Shown in pieces: positions 28,760-37,471 of a DNA stretch of 64,000 nucleotides; within the stretch, counting starts at the first letter, position 1; every line of letters starts with the position of its first letter. The stretch is from an uncultured Chloroflexia bacterium (GTDB taxonomy: Bacteria; Chloroflexota; Limnocylindria; Limnocylindrales; CSP1-4), in the NCBI GenBank assembly GCA_963746845.1, contig CAVVCZ010000004.1, positions 736,001-800,000 on the forward strand, read 5' to 3'. The notes under the pieces are model-generated. The model searched no databases, had not been told where the DNA came from, and saw nothing but the letters and a program-made list of their open reading frames with translations. The translations under genes and the position numbers were made by a program.

Positions 28760-29497
28760 ATGGCCAGCGCACCGATCATCCTGGTTCCCGGCTTCTGGCT
28801 CGGCGCGTGGGCCTGGGACGAGGTCGCCGCGACGCTCCGTGCGGCCGGCCACGACGTGACGGCGCTGACCCTGCCCGGGCTCGACTCCGTCGACGCGGAC
28901 CGGTCCGGGATCACCCTGTCGGACCATGTGGGCGCGATCGTGAGCGCGATCCGAGCCGCCGACGGACCGGTCGTCCTCGCCCTGCACAGTGCGACCGGGT
29001 TCTCCGGCTACGCCGCCAGCGACGCGGTCCCCGAGCGAATCGCTGCGATCGTCTACGTCGACACCGCGCCGGGCAAGGGTGCCCTCGACCCGGACTTCGC
29101 CGACACGGAGAAGCCGATGGTCTGGGAGGAGATCAAAGCGGACGAGAACCTCGATGGACTCAGTGAGGAGCAGCTCGAGACGTTTCGGCGGCGATCCGTC
29201 CCGGAGCCGGGCGGACTGATCCGGGAGGGAGCCGAGCTCACCAACGAGGCTCGACGCGACATCCCCAGCACGATCGTCGCCACCGCCTACACCGCGGAGG
29301 CGTACCAGCGCTACGCGACCGAGCACCCCGTGCCGGCATTCCTTGCAGGCATCCCCGAGCTGCGGGACATCACGTGGATCGATCTGCCGACGAGCCACTG
29401 GCCGATGTGGTCCCGACCGACGGAGCTCGCCGCGATCATCGGCGACGCCGCGACGGCGGCCGCATCCGCGGGCCCGACGCGATCGCTCGCTGGGTAG
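28760..29497 (+). CDS. Alpha/beta hydrolase
   Basis: LVPGFWLGAWAW, ALHSATG, VYVDT, LPTSHWPMWSRP. Confidence 0.88.
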   Translation: MASAPIILVPGFWLGAWAWDEVAATLRAAGHDVTALTLPGLDSVDADRSGITLSDHVGAIVSAIRAADGPVVLALHSATGFSGYAASDAVPERIAAIVYVDTAPGKGALDPDFADTEKPMVWEEIKADENLDGLSEEQLETFRRRSVPEPGGLIREGAELTNEARRDIPSTIVATAYTAEAYQRYATEHPVPAFLAGIPELRDITWIDLPTSHWPMWSRPTELAAIIGDAATAAASAGPTRSLAG

Positions 29498-29628
29498 GAT
29501 CGACGTCCGACGGCCGTCGCCTGCGGAGGTTCGCGAGCCCGTCGACAATCGTCGCGTTTCAGTGCCCGCCTGAAGCGCCGCGGCATCGGTCGGAGTGACC
29601 AATGAATGCCCTGCGTCCGGCGGACGGC

Positions 29629-29817
29629 TCAGCCGTGACGCAGGATCGAGAGCGCGGCGACGAAGAGCCGGAGCCGGCGATGACCGCCGTGACTGCCCGC
29701 TTGCCGCGGTGCCTGGTCCGTGATGGTCTCTGCCGCCTCGGAGGGCGGCCGGCGAGCCTCTTGCCGAAGCTCGGCGAGGCGATCCTGGGCAATGGTCTCG
29801 AGTGCGAAGTGGTTCAT
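29629..29817 (-). CDS. Small hypothetical protein (62 aa)
   Basis: MNHFALETIAQDRLAELRQEA...; purine-rich SD-like stretch; fills the intergenic gap. Confidence 0.5.
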   Translation of the reverse strand: MNHFALETIAQDRLAELRQEARRPPSEAAETITDQAPRQAGSHGGHRRLRLFVAALSILRHG

Positions 29818-29996
29818 CTCCGGACCCCTTGATGTCGCCCCCCGATCGGGGGGATTCGATGTCGAGACTGGGTCTCGGCATCGCGGCGCGCATCGGGCAG
29901 ACGCCGGAGGACGACCTCGGTCTACGCTCCGTTTGATGACGGGGCGACGTCGGACGAATCGCGGCCCATCGGTCATCTGACCGATGGGCACTCGCG

Positions 29997-30947
29997 CTAG
30001 GACGCCGCGGGCCCCTCGACCGGTCGCGGCCCACGTCGCGGCAGGGACCATGAGGCCGTCGGGCCGATCCCGAGGACCAGCACGAGGCTGACGAGGATCA
30101 GCCCGAACCCGACGATCAGCTCGAGCCCGACCGGCTCGGCCAGCACGAGGGCGGCCCATGCGAGGGCGAACGCCGGGACGATGAACGTCACCGTGCTCGC
30201 GGCCGTCGGGGTCGTTCGGCGCAGGACCCGGAAGAAGATCGGCCAGGCGACCGCCGTCGACAGGGTGCCGACCGCGACGAGCGAGATGACGCCGTCGACC
30301 GCCGGCATCCGCGGCGGCCCACTGATCAGCGCGACCGGCAGGGCCACCAGGGCGCCGGCGACGAGCATCCCGGTCGCCAGCTCCAGCGGCGGGACCGCGT
30401 TCATCCGGGCCCGGACGTAGTTGCCCGCGATCGCGTAGCTCGCCGGCGCGCCGAGCCCGGCCGCGACCGCGAGCAGCGTCGTCAGGTTCGGATCGAGCGG
30501 CGACCACCCGACGAGTACGACGACCGCGACCACGCCGACTACCAGACCTGCGACGACGCGCGACGACAGGCGATTGCCGAGGAAGGCAACGCCGATCGCG
30601 GCGGTGAACAGGGGCGTCGCGGCGTTCAGGAGCGCCGCGAACCCGGCAGGCAGCGTCAGCGTGGCGATCGCGATGAACGTGAAGGGCGCCGCCGAGAACA
30701 GGGCCCCGGTGATCAGGAACCCGACCAGGCGGCCGCGAGCCGCGGCCAGGGTCGCCCGACCCGCGACGAGAACGAGCAGGGCGGCGCCGATGGCGATCCG
30801 GATCTCCGCGGCCCAGACCGGTCCGACCTCCGGGGCCGCGATCCGCATGAACAGGAACACGGCACCCCACACGGCACCGAGGAACAGGAGCGAGCCGAGG
30901 TCGATGAACGAGAGCGAGCGCCCGGAGGCCGGTGTCGGGGAGGTCAT
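29997..30947 (-). CDS. DMT/EamA transporter
   Basis: Ten TM; WGAVF, NAATPLFT, STVTFIVP. Confidence 0.88.
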   Translation of the reverse strand: MTSPTPASGRSLSFIDLGSLLFLGAVWGAVFLFMRIAAPEVGPVWAAEIRIAIGAALLVLVAGRATLAAARGRLVGFLITGALFSAAPFTFIAIATLTLPAGFAALLNAATPLFTAAIGVAFLGNRLSSRVVAGLVVGVVAVVVLVGWSPLDPNLTTLLAVAAGLGAPASYAIAGNYVRARMNAVPPLELATGMLVAGALVALPVALISGPPRMPAVDGVISLVAVGTLSTAVAWPIFFRVLRRTTPTAASTVTFIVPAFALAWAALVLAEPVGLELIVGFGLILVSLVLVLGIGPTASWSLPRRGPRPVEGPAAS

Positions 30948-31035
30948 CCGGAGATGCTCGACCCTCGCCGCCGTCACACCCACGGACATCGGTCCCGGAC
31001 CGACATCGTCATCCGACGATGGCGCGCGGCGGGTG

Positions 31036-32712
31036 TCAGGCCACCAGGCGCTTGTACCGGATCCGGCGCGGCTGGTCCGCCGCGGTGCCGAGCTCCTTGT
31101 GGCGGAACGCCTCGTAGTCGCTGACGTTGCCCTCGAAGAAGCGGACCTGGCTGTCGCCCTCGAACGCGAGGATATGGGTCGCGATCCGGTCGAGGAACCA
31201 GCGGTCGTGGCTGATCACGACGACGCAGCCCGGGAAGGACTCGAGCCCCGCCTCGAGCGCCCGGAGCGTGTCGACGTCCAGGTCGTTCGTGGGCTCGTCA
31301 AGGAGCAGGACGTTGCCGCCCGTCTGGAGCAGCTTCGCGAGGTGGACGCGGTTGCGCTCACCACCGGACAGCGTCCCGACGAGCTTCTGCTGGTCGGTGC
31401 CGCGGAAGTTGAACGAGGAGACGTAGGCGCGCGCCGGGATCTCGCGGTTGCCGACCTTGATCGCCTCGACGTCGTCGGTGATCTCCTGGAAGACGCTCTT
31501 CTCGGCACGCAGCGCGTCGCGGCTCTGGTCGACGTAGCTGAGCTGGACGGTTTCCCCGATCTCGATCGCGCCGGCGTCCGGCGCCTCCTCGCCGACGAGC
31601 ATCCGGAAGAGGGTCGTCTTGCCGGCCCCATTCGGGCCGATGATCCCGACGATGCCCGAGCGGGGCAGCGAGAACGTCAGATCCTCGATCAACAGCCGGT
31701 CGCCGTAGCCCTTCCGGAGGTCCTTCACTTCGATGACCGCGTCGCCGAGCCGCGGCCCGGGCGGGATCGCGATCTCCAGCTCGCGAGCCGTCTCCTTCGC
31801 GTCGTTCGCCTCGGCGAGCAGCCGCTCGTAGGCCGTCAGCCGAGCCTTGCCCTTGGCCTGCCGCGCCTTCGCGCCCATCCGGACCCATTCGAGCTCGCGG
31901 GCGAGCGTGCGCTGGCGCGCGTCGCCCGCCTTCTGCTCGCGCGACATCCGCTCGAGCTTCTGCTCCAGCCAGCTCGAGTAGTTGCCCGAGAACGGGACGC
32001 CCCTCCCCCGGTCCAGCTCGAGGATCCACTTCGCGACGTTGTCGAGGAAATACCGGTCGTGGGTGACGGCGACGACCGTGCCCGCGTACTCGTCCAGGAA
32101 GCGTTCCAGCCACTCGACCGACTCCGCGTCGAGATGGTTCGTCGGCTCGTCGAGGAGCAGCAGATCCGGGTGCCGGAGCAGGAGCCGGGCCAGCGCGACC
32201 CGCCGCTTCTCGCCACCGCTGAGCGTGGCGACCGACGCGTCGTCCGGCGGGCAGCGGAGCGCTTCCATCGCGATCTCGACGTTGCGCTCGACGTTCCACG
32301 CGTCCGCGGCGTTGATCCGGTCCTCGAGCACCGACTGCTCCGCCCCGACCGCGTCGTAGTCGATGTCCGGCTCGGACCACTTCGCCATGACGGCGTTGTA
32401 CTGGTCGATCAGCGTCTGGACCTCGTGCACGCCGTCCATGACGTTGCCCTTGACGTCCTTCGCCGGGTCGAGCTGCGGCTCCTGGCTCAGGTAACCGACG
32501 GTGAAGCCCGGCGTGAGCCGCGCCTCGCCGCTGAAGCCGTCGTCGAGACCGGCCATGATCCGGAGGAGGCTCGACTTCCCTGCTCCGTTGGGGCCGATGA
32601 CCCCGATCTTCGCCCCCGGATAGAACGAGATCGAGATGTCCTCGAGGACGGTCCGATCCGGCGGGTAGTGCCGGGCGAGCCGGTAGGTGCCATAGATGAA
32701 CTCGGCGGGCAT
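31036..32712 (-). CDS. ettA: Energy-dependent translational throttle EttA (ABC-F)
   Basis: ISFYPGAKIGVIGPNGAGKS, ALRCPP, ELEWVR..KARQAK.KARL, IPPGPRLG, two ABC domains. Confidence 0.95.
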   Translation of the reverse strand: MPAEFIYGTYRLARHYPPDRTVLEDISISFYPGAKIGVIGPNGAGKSSLLRIMAGLDDGFSGEARLTPGFTVGYLSQEPQLDPAKDVKGNVMDGVHEVQTLIDQYNAVMAKWSEPDIDYDAVGAEQSVLEDRINAADAWNVERNVEIAMEALRCPPDDASVATLSGGEKRRVALARLLLRHPDLLLLDEPTNHLDAESVEWLERFLDEYAGTVVAVTHDRYFLDNVAKWILELDRGRGVPFSGNYSSWLEQKLERMSREQKAGDARQRTLARELEWVRMGAKARQAKGKARLTAYERLLAEANDAKETARELEIAIPPGPRLGDAVIEVKDLRKGYGDRLLIEDLTFSLPRSGIVGIIGPNGAGKTTLFRMLVGEEAPDAGAIEIGETVQLSYVDQSRDALRAEKSVFQEITDDVEAIKVGNREIPARAYVSSFNFRGTDQQKLVGTLSGGERNRVHLAKLLQTGGNVLLLDEPTNDLDVDTLRALEAGLESFPGCVVVISHDRWFLDRIATHILAFEGDSQVRFFEGNVSDYEAFRHKELGTAADQPRRIRYKRLVA

Positions 32713-32768
32713 GGCGACAAGCCTACCGAGTTGTCGGCGCGTCGGGCGGCTGCGATCATGCGGGCCGA

Positions 32769-33738
32769 GTGAGACTTCCAACGATCCTGGCGGTGTCGGC
32801 GGTCCTCGTGGTCGGGTGCTCGGGCGGTTCGCCGTCGGCGGCGCCACCGGCCTCATCCTCCAGCGCCCCATCGGCCGCCCCATCGGCGTCGGTCGCCCGC
32901 GTCGCCGACGTCGTCGTCGGTGGCGATCGGCCCGTGACGGTCCACGTTCCGCCGGGCTACGACCCGAGCCGACCGGCTCCACTGATCATCCTGCTCCATG
33001 GCTACGGCTCGTCCGGCGCGGAGCAGGACGCGTACCTCCATCTTGGCGACGCGGCGGCCAAGCGAGGCTTCCTCTTCGCCGCTCCCGATGGCACGAAGGA
33101 CAAGCTCGGCAACAGCTTCTGGAGCGCAACCGACGCGTGCTGCGACTTCGACCGGACCGGCGTCAACGATGTCGCCTACCTCGACGGTCTGATTACCGAG
33201 ATCGAGGGAAAGCGTGCCGTCGATCCGAAGCGAGTCGACTTCGTCGGCCACTCGAACGGCGGGTTCATGAGCTACCGGATGGGGTGCGCCCACGGGGATC
33301 GGATCGCCGCCCTTGTCAGTCTCGCCGGCGAGTCCTTCGCGAACCCTGCCGACTGCGCGCCGGGCGCGCCAGTCGCGGTCCTCCAGATCCAGGGGACCGC
33401 GGACGACGTCGTCCATTACGACGGCGGCACGCTCGAGGGGATCGGGAGCGGCGCGTCGATGTCGTCCTACCCAGGTGCCGAGGCCAGCGCCCACGCGTGG
33501 GCGACGTACGACGGCTGTTCGACGACGCCGGACACGCCGGCGGAACGCGTCGACGTCGACGCGGGGATCGCCAACGCGGGCGTCCCCGGAGGAATCGACC
33601 GTCACCCGCTGGTCCGGCTGCCGGCCCGGCGGCGCCGTCGAGCTCTGGACAATCCCCGGCGGAGGCCACGTTCCGAACATCTCCGGCGCGTTCCCGGACG
33701 CCGCCCTCGACTTCCTGACCGCGCATCCCAAGGCCTGA
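32769..33738 (+). CDS. PHB-depolymerase/LpqP-like esterase lipoprotein (frameshift near 33580)
   Basis: Lipobox VVGC; LHGYG, WSATDACC, GHSNGG, GTAD; catalytic GGGH in another frame ending 33738. Confidence 0.8.
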
Positions 33739-33763
33739 TCGGCCGGCAGAAGGCAGCCGTCGG

Positions 33764-34876
33764 ATGCGGATCCTCATCGTGGGCGGTGGGATCGCCGGCC
33801 TGTCGACGGCGCGCGCCCTGGGGCTGCGCGGTCTCGAGAGCGAGATCGTCGAGCGGGACGCCGCACCGCGGATCGCCGGCGCGGGCGTCTTCCTCCCGGG
33901 CAATGGGATGGCCGCCATGCGGCGCCTCGGCCTCGAGGACGCGGTTCTCGCGCGCGGCGCGATCATCGAACGGCGGCGATTGATCGATGATCGCGGCCGT
34001 CACCTGCTGGACTTCGACGAATCGACGTTCTGGCGATCCGTGGCGCCGTCCGTGGCCCTGCATCGACATGACCTGCACGAGATCCTCGCCCACGGCGCGT
34101 CGGACATCCCGATCCGGTTCGGGATCACGGTGACGTCGCTCGTTGACGATGGTGCCGGCTCGATCGGCGTCACGTTCAGTGACGGCGCGGCATCCGTCTA
34201 CGACCTCGTGATCGGCGCGGACGGGATCCATTCCGGGATCCGGGCGATGGTGTTCGGCGGTCCACGCCCGTCGCTCGTCGGCCAGGCCGGCTGGCGGTTC
34301 GTGGTCGACGGCCACCCCGACATCGCGGGCTGGAACGGATGGCTGGGCCGGGATCGTGGGTTCCTCGCTCTGGCCATCGGTCGCGGCCGCGTCTACTGCT
34401 ACGCCGATGTCCGGTCCGGCACCGCGACAGACCCGACCGCGGGCGACATGACGCGCCTGGCGGCGTTGTTCACGGCGTTTCCCGAGCCCGTGCCAGGCCT
34501 GTTCGCCCAGGCGCCTCCGGCGGCCGACGTCTGGTTCTCGCCGGTCGAGGAGGTGCCGCCCACCTGGTCGCAGGGCCGTGTTCAGCTGGTCGGCGATGCG
34601 GCCCATGCCAGCTCACCGAACATGGCGGAAGGCGCGTCGCTCGCGATGGAGGACGCGCTCGTGCTCGCCGAGGTGCTGGCGTCGAGCGACGACGTCGGAG
34701 CGGCCCTCGAGACGTTCCGGGCGCGGCGCTCGGAGCGGGTCGAGTGGGTCCAGCACACGACCCATCGTCGCGATCGGATCCGCTACCTGCCGCCCGCCTT
34801 CCGGATCGCGATGATGCGGGTCGCCGGCCAACGCACGTTCCGTGCCCACTACCGTCCCCTCCTCGAGCCACCATAG
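33764..34876 (+). CDS. FAD-dependent monooxygenase (aromatic hydroxylase family)
   Basis: GGGIAG, GADGIHS, LVGDAAHA.SPNMAEGASLAMED. Confidence 0.92.
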   Translation: MRILIVGGGIAGLSTARALGLRGLESEIVERDAAPRIAGAGVFLPGNGMAAMRRLGLEDAVLARGAIIERRRLIDDRGRHLLDFDESTFWRSVAPSVALHRHDLHEILAHGASDIPIRFGITVTSLVDDGAGSIGVTFSDGAASVYDLVIGADGIHSGIRAMVFGGPRPSLVGQAGWRFVVDGHPDIAGWNGWLGRDRGFLALAIGRGRVYCYADVRSGTATDPTAGDMTRLAALFTAFPEPVPGLFAQAPPAADVWFSPVEEVPPTWSQGRVQLVGDAAHASSPNMAEGASLAMEDALVLAEVLASSDDVGAALETFRARRSERVEWVQHTTHRRDRIRYLPPAFRIAMMRVAGQRTFRAHYRPLLEPP

Positions 34877-34998
34877 GCCAGGCCGATCGGGCGCAACGGC
34901 CCGTCGCTCCAGCGGCGAACGGGCGGTCCGGCACTGGCGGGGACATGGCGATCGCTGCTCGAATGACATCGGATCCCGTTGACGGGGCGAGGTGTCCG

Positions 34999-35484
34999 AT
35001 GCCGCGAACGATCCGAACGATCGGCCTGGTGACCGGCCCGAAAGCCGATGAGATTCCGGCCTCTCATCGCGACCTGATCGAATGCCCGCCGGTAGCTGCC
35101 TTGACGACGCTCATGCCCGACGGTTCGCCCCAGACGACGGTCGTCTGGTGCGACTCGGAGGGCGAGCTCGTCCGCGTCAACACGATGCGTGGGTTCCAGA
35201 AGGAACGGAACATGCGGCGGGACCCCCGAGTGACGCTGCTCTGCTACGACCCGCGCAACCCGCTCCGGTACCTGGAGATCCGCGGCACCGTGATCGAGAT
35301 GACCGAGGACGGGGCCGGGCGACACCTGGATGCCCTGGCGTCGAAGTACGCGGGACGGACGATCCGGTACTTCGGCGACGCGATCCCGGTGCGGTTCGCG
35401 GAGACGGAGATCCCGGTGCTCTGCACGATCCGCCCGCGCCACGTCGTGGCGGTCGACGCGACGCCGGGGAAGGACGCGCCGTGA
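34999..35484 (+). CDS. PPOX-class F420-dependent oxidoreductase (start uncertain, alternative GTG 35029)
   Basis: LTTLMPDGSPQTTVVW, KERNMRRDPRVTL, YLEIRG. Confidence 0.85.
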   Translation: MPRTIRTIGLVTGPKADEIPASHRDLIECPPVAALTTLMPDGSPQTTVVWCDSEGELVRVNTMRGFQKERNMRRDPRVTLLCYDPRNPLRYLEIRGTVIEMTEDGAGRHLDALASKYAGRTIRYFGDAIPVRFAETEIPVLCTIRPRHVVAVDATPGKDAP

Positions 35485-35924
35485 CCGCGAATGCGGGATC
35501 GGGCACGATCCCGATCCCGATCGACCACCTCGACCTGCTGACGCGGCCGATCTGCGGCGTCCTCACGACACTGGAGCCCGACGGTTCGCCCCAGTCGAGC
35601 CTCGTCTGGCTCGACTTCGACGGCGGGTGCGTCCGGGTGAACACGACGCTGGAGCGCCAGAAGGGCCGCAACATCCGGCGCGACCCGCGGGCGAGCCTGC
35701 TGGTCGTGGACCCGGACAACACGGCCCGGTTCATCCAGATCCGGGGCGAGGTGGAGCTCGTGTTCGAGGGGGCCATCGCGCACCTTGATCGGCTGACCCG
35801 CCGGTACACCCGCCACCCGTCGTACTACGGCAGCATCTACCCGGCCGAGCAGCGCGACCACGAGACTCGGGTGATCTGCCGGATCCATGCCCGGCGGATC
35901 ACCCTCGACGCGATCCACGCCTGA
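35481..35924 (+). CDS. PPOX-class F420-dependent oxidoreductase, tandem paralog
   Basis: LTTLEPDGSPQSSLVW, KGRNIRRDPRASL; GTGA overlap. Confidence 0.87.
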   Translation: MTANAGSGTIPIPIDHLDLLTRPICGVLTTLEPDGSPQSSLVWLDFDGGCVRVNTTLERQKGRNIRRDPRASLLVVDPDNTARFIQIRGEVELVFEGAIAHLDRLTRRYTRHPSYYGSIYPAEQRDHETRVICRIHARRITLDAIHA

Positions 35925-35949
35925 GCCAGGCCTCGGAACCGGCGTACGG

Positions 35950-36190
35950 CCGACAGATCCTCGTGGGGTGTCGAGTAGCGGCGAAAGCGCCTGAAATTGG
36001 TGCCAGATCGACACGCGATGTCGACTCGGCGGGCTGCAAAGCCATCATCGCCAGTCAAGCACGCGTGGATCGGCGGCTCGGCCGTGCGGATCGCGTGGCC
36101 GAGATGGCCTCGTCGACACCGGGCGACGATCTGGCACCCAATCGGCGGGGTTTCGGTGGTCATCGACAGGGGATGTCGATCTGGCAGGGT
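35950..36190. repeat. REP/MITE-like imperfect inverted-repeat element
   Basis: TGCCAGATCGACA (36001-36013) complementary to 36174-36186; a second CGATCTGGCA copy at 36127 (period 50). Confidence 0.6.
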
Positions 36191-36201
36191 CGAGCCGGAA
36201 T

Positions 36202-37449
36202 TCATCCGGGCGGGGTATCCCCCGCGTGGACGATGTGGTCGAGCTCGCGCCAGAGGGCCACGACGAGCACCGCCGAGCCCACGAACGCGAACCAGAACGG
36301 CGCCGTGATCCCGAAGAACTGCGCGAGCAGGCCACCGATCGGGACGCCGATCACGAGGCCGCCCATGATCGCCACGCGGTAGACCCCGCCGACCCGGCCC
36401 AGCAGCTCGTCGGGCACCGCCCTCTGGCGGACGACCGTCGAGGTCGTGCCCCACACGAAGGCGTGGGCCCCGAAGATCACGAGCGTCCCGAGCGCCCAGA
36501 CCGGCGACGTCGTCAGGGCGAGCGACAGGTGGGTCACGGTCTCGATCAACAACCCGACCCGCATGATGTCCGCGAGGGAGAACCGCCGCTCGAGGGCGCC
36601 GTACGAGACGGTCCCGATCAAGCCACCGACCGCCACCGCGGTCGTGAGGAGGCCGAACCCGACGGCGCTCATCCCGAGCCGCTCCTGGGCATAAAGGACG
36701 AGCACGGAGAACGCGGCACCGTAGGTCACGTTGAACGTGAAGATCGTCAGCGCGAGGGTTCGCATCGGCGGGTTGGTCGTCAGCCATCGGATCCCCTCGA
36801 CCATCTCCGCCCGGAGACCGCTGCCCTCCCCCGTGCGCACGGGGCGGCTCGTGATCACGCGGGAGATGAGGACGGCGCCGAGCACGAACGCCGCGGCGTT
36901 GACGGCGAACGGGATCGCCATCCCCACCACGAACAGGAAGGCGCCGATCGGCGGCAGGAGCAGCTGGTTCGTCAGGACGAACGCGCCCTGCATCCGGGCG
37001 TTGGCGATGCCGAGGTCCTCGCGGCCGACGAGACCCGGGACGAGCGTGCTGCTGGCGGAGTCGGCGAACGTCTCGGCGGTCGCCAGCGCAAACAGCGCGA
37101 CGAGGACCAGGACGATGCTCACCGTCCCGCTGACGATGGTGAGGACCAGCCCGACGAGGACGGCCGACCGGACGAGGTTGACGACGATGACCATCCGCTT
37201 GCGGTCGAAGCGATCGGCCATGGCGCCGCCCAGGACGCCGAACAGGAGCACGGGCAGGTACTCGCTCAGGAGCGCCAGCGAGACGAGGAACGGGTCGCGG
37301 GTATGCGAGGCGACGAGGAGTGGGCCCGCCGCGAGGGCGACCCCGTCACCGGCGTTGTTGACGAGGGTCGACGAGAGCAGCCAGCGGAAGCTCCGGCCGA
37401 GACGCGGCGGCGCAATGGTGTCGACGAGCCGGGTGGGCAGGAGACGCAC
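36202..37449 (-). CDS. MFS transporter (DHA3/macrolide-efflux-like)
   Basis: Twelve TM, GAMADRFDRKR motif A, LLGRVGG. Confidence 0.9.
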   Translation of the reverse strand: MRLLPTRLVDTIAPPRLGRSFRWLLSSTLVNNAGDGVALAAGPLLVASHTRDPFLVSLALLSEYLPVLLFGVLGGAMADRFDRKRMVIVVNLVRSAVLVGLVLTIVSGTVSIVLVLVALFALATAETFADSASSTLVPGLVGREDLGIANARMQGAFVLTNQLLLPPIGAFLFVVGMAIPFAVNAAAFVLGAVLISRVITSRPVRTGEGSGLRAEMVEGIRWLTTNPPMRTLALTIFTFNVTYGAAFSVLVLYAQERLGMSAVGFGLLTTAVAVGGLIGTVSYGALERRFSLADIMRVGLLIETVTHLSLALTTSPVWALGTLVIFGAHAFVWGTTSTVVRQRAVPDELLGRVGGVYRVAIMGGLVIGVPIGGLLAQFFGITAPFWFAFVGSAVLVVALWRELDHIVHAGDTPPG

Positions 37450-37471
37450 CGGCCGGAGGATAGCAACGCGG

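Noticed and set aside
29498-29628. Possible structured RNA or repeat between convergent genes
   Set aside because: Only short imperfect stems, expected by chance at this GC content
16758-33738. Programmed ribosomal frameshifting in the hydrolase, DUF1269-DUF4332 and esterase genes
   Set aside because: No slippery sequences seen; these families are not known for recoding; indels are scattered across unrelated genes
35950-36190. CRISPR array
   Set aside because: Only short, degenerate, inverted units; no regular repeat-spacer array and no cas genes
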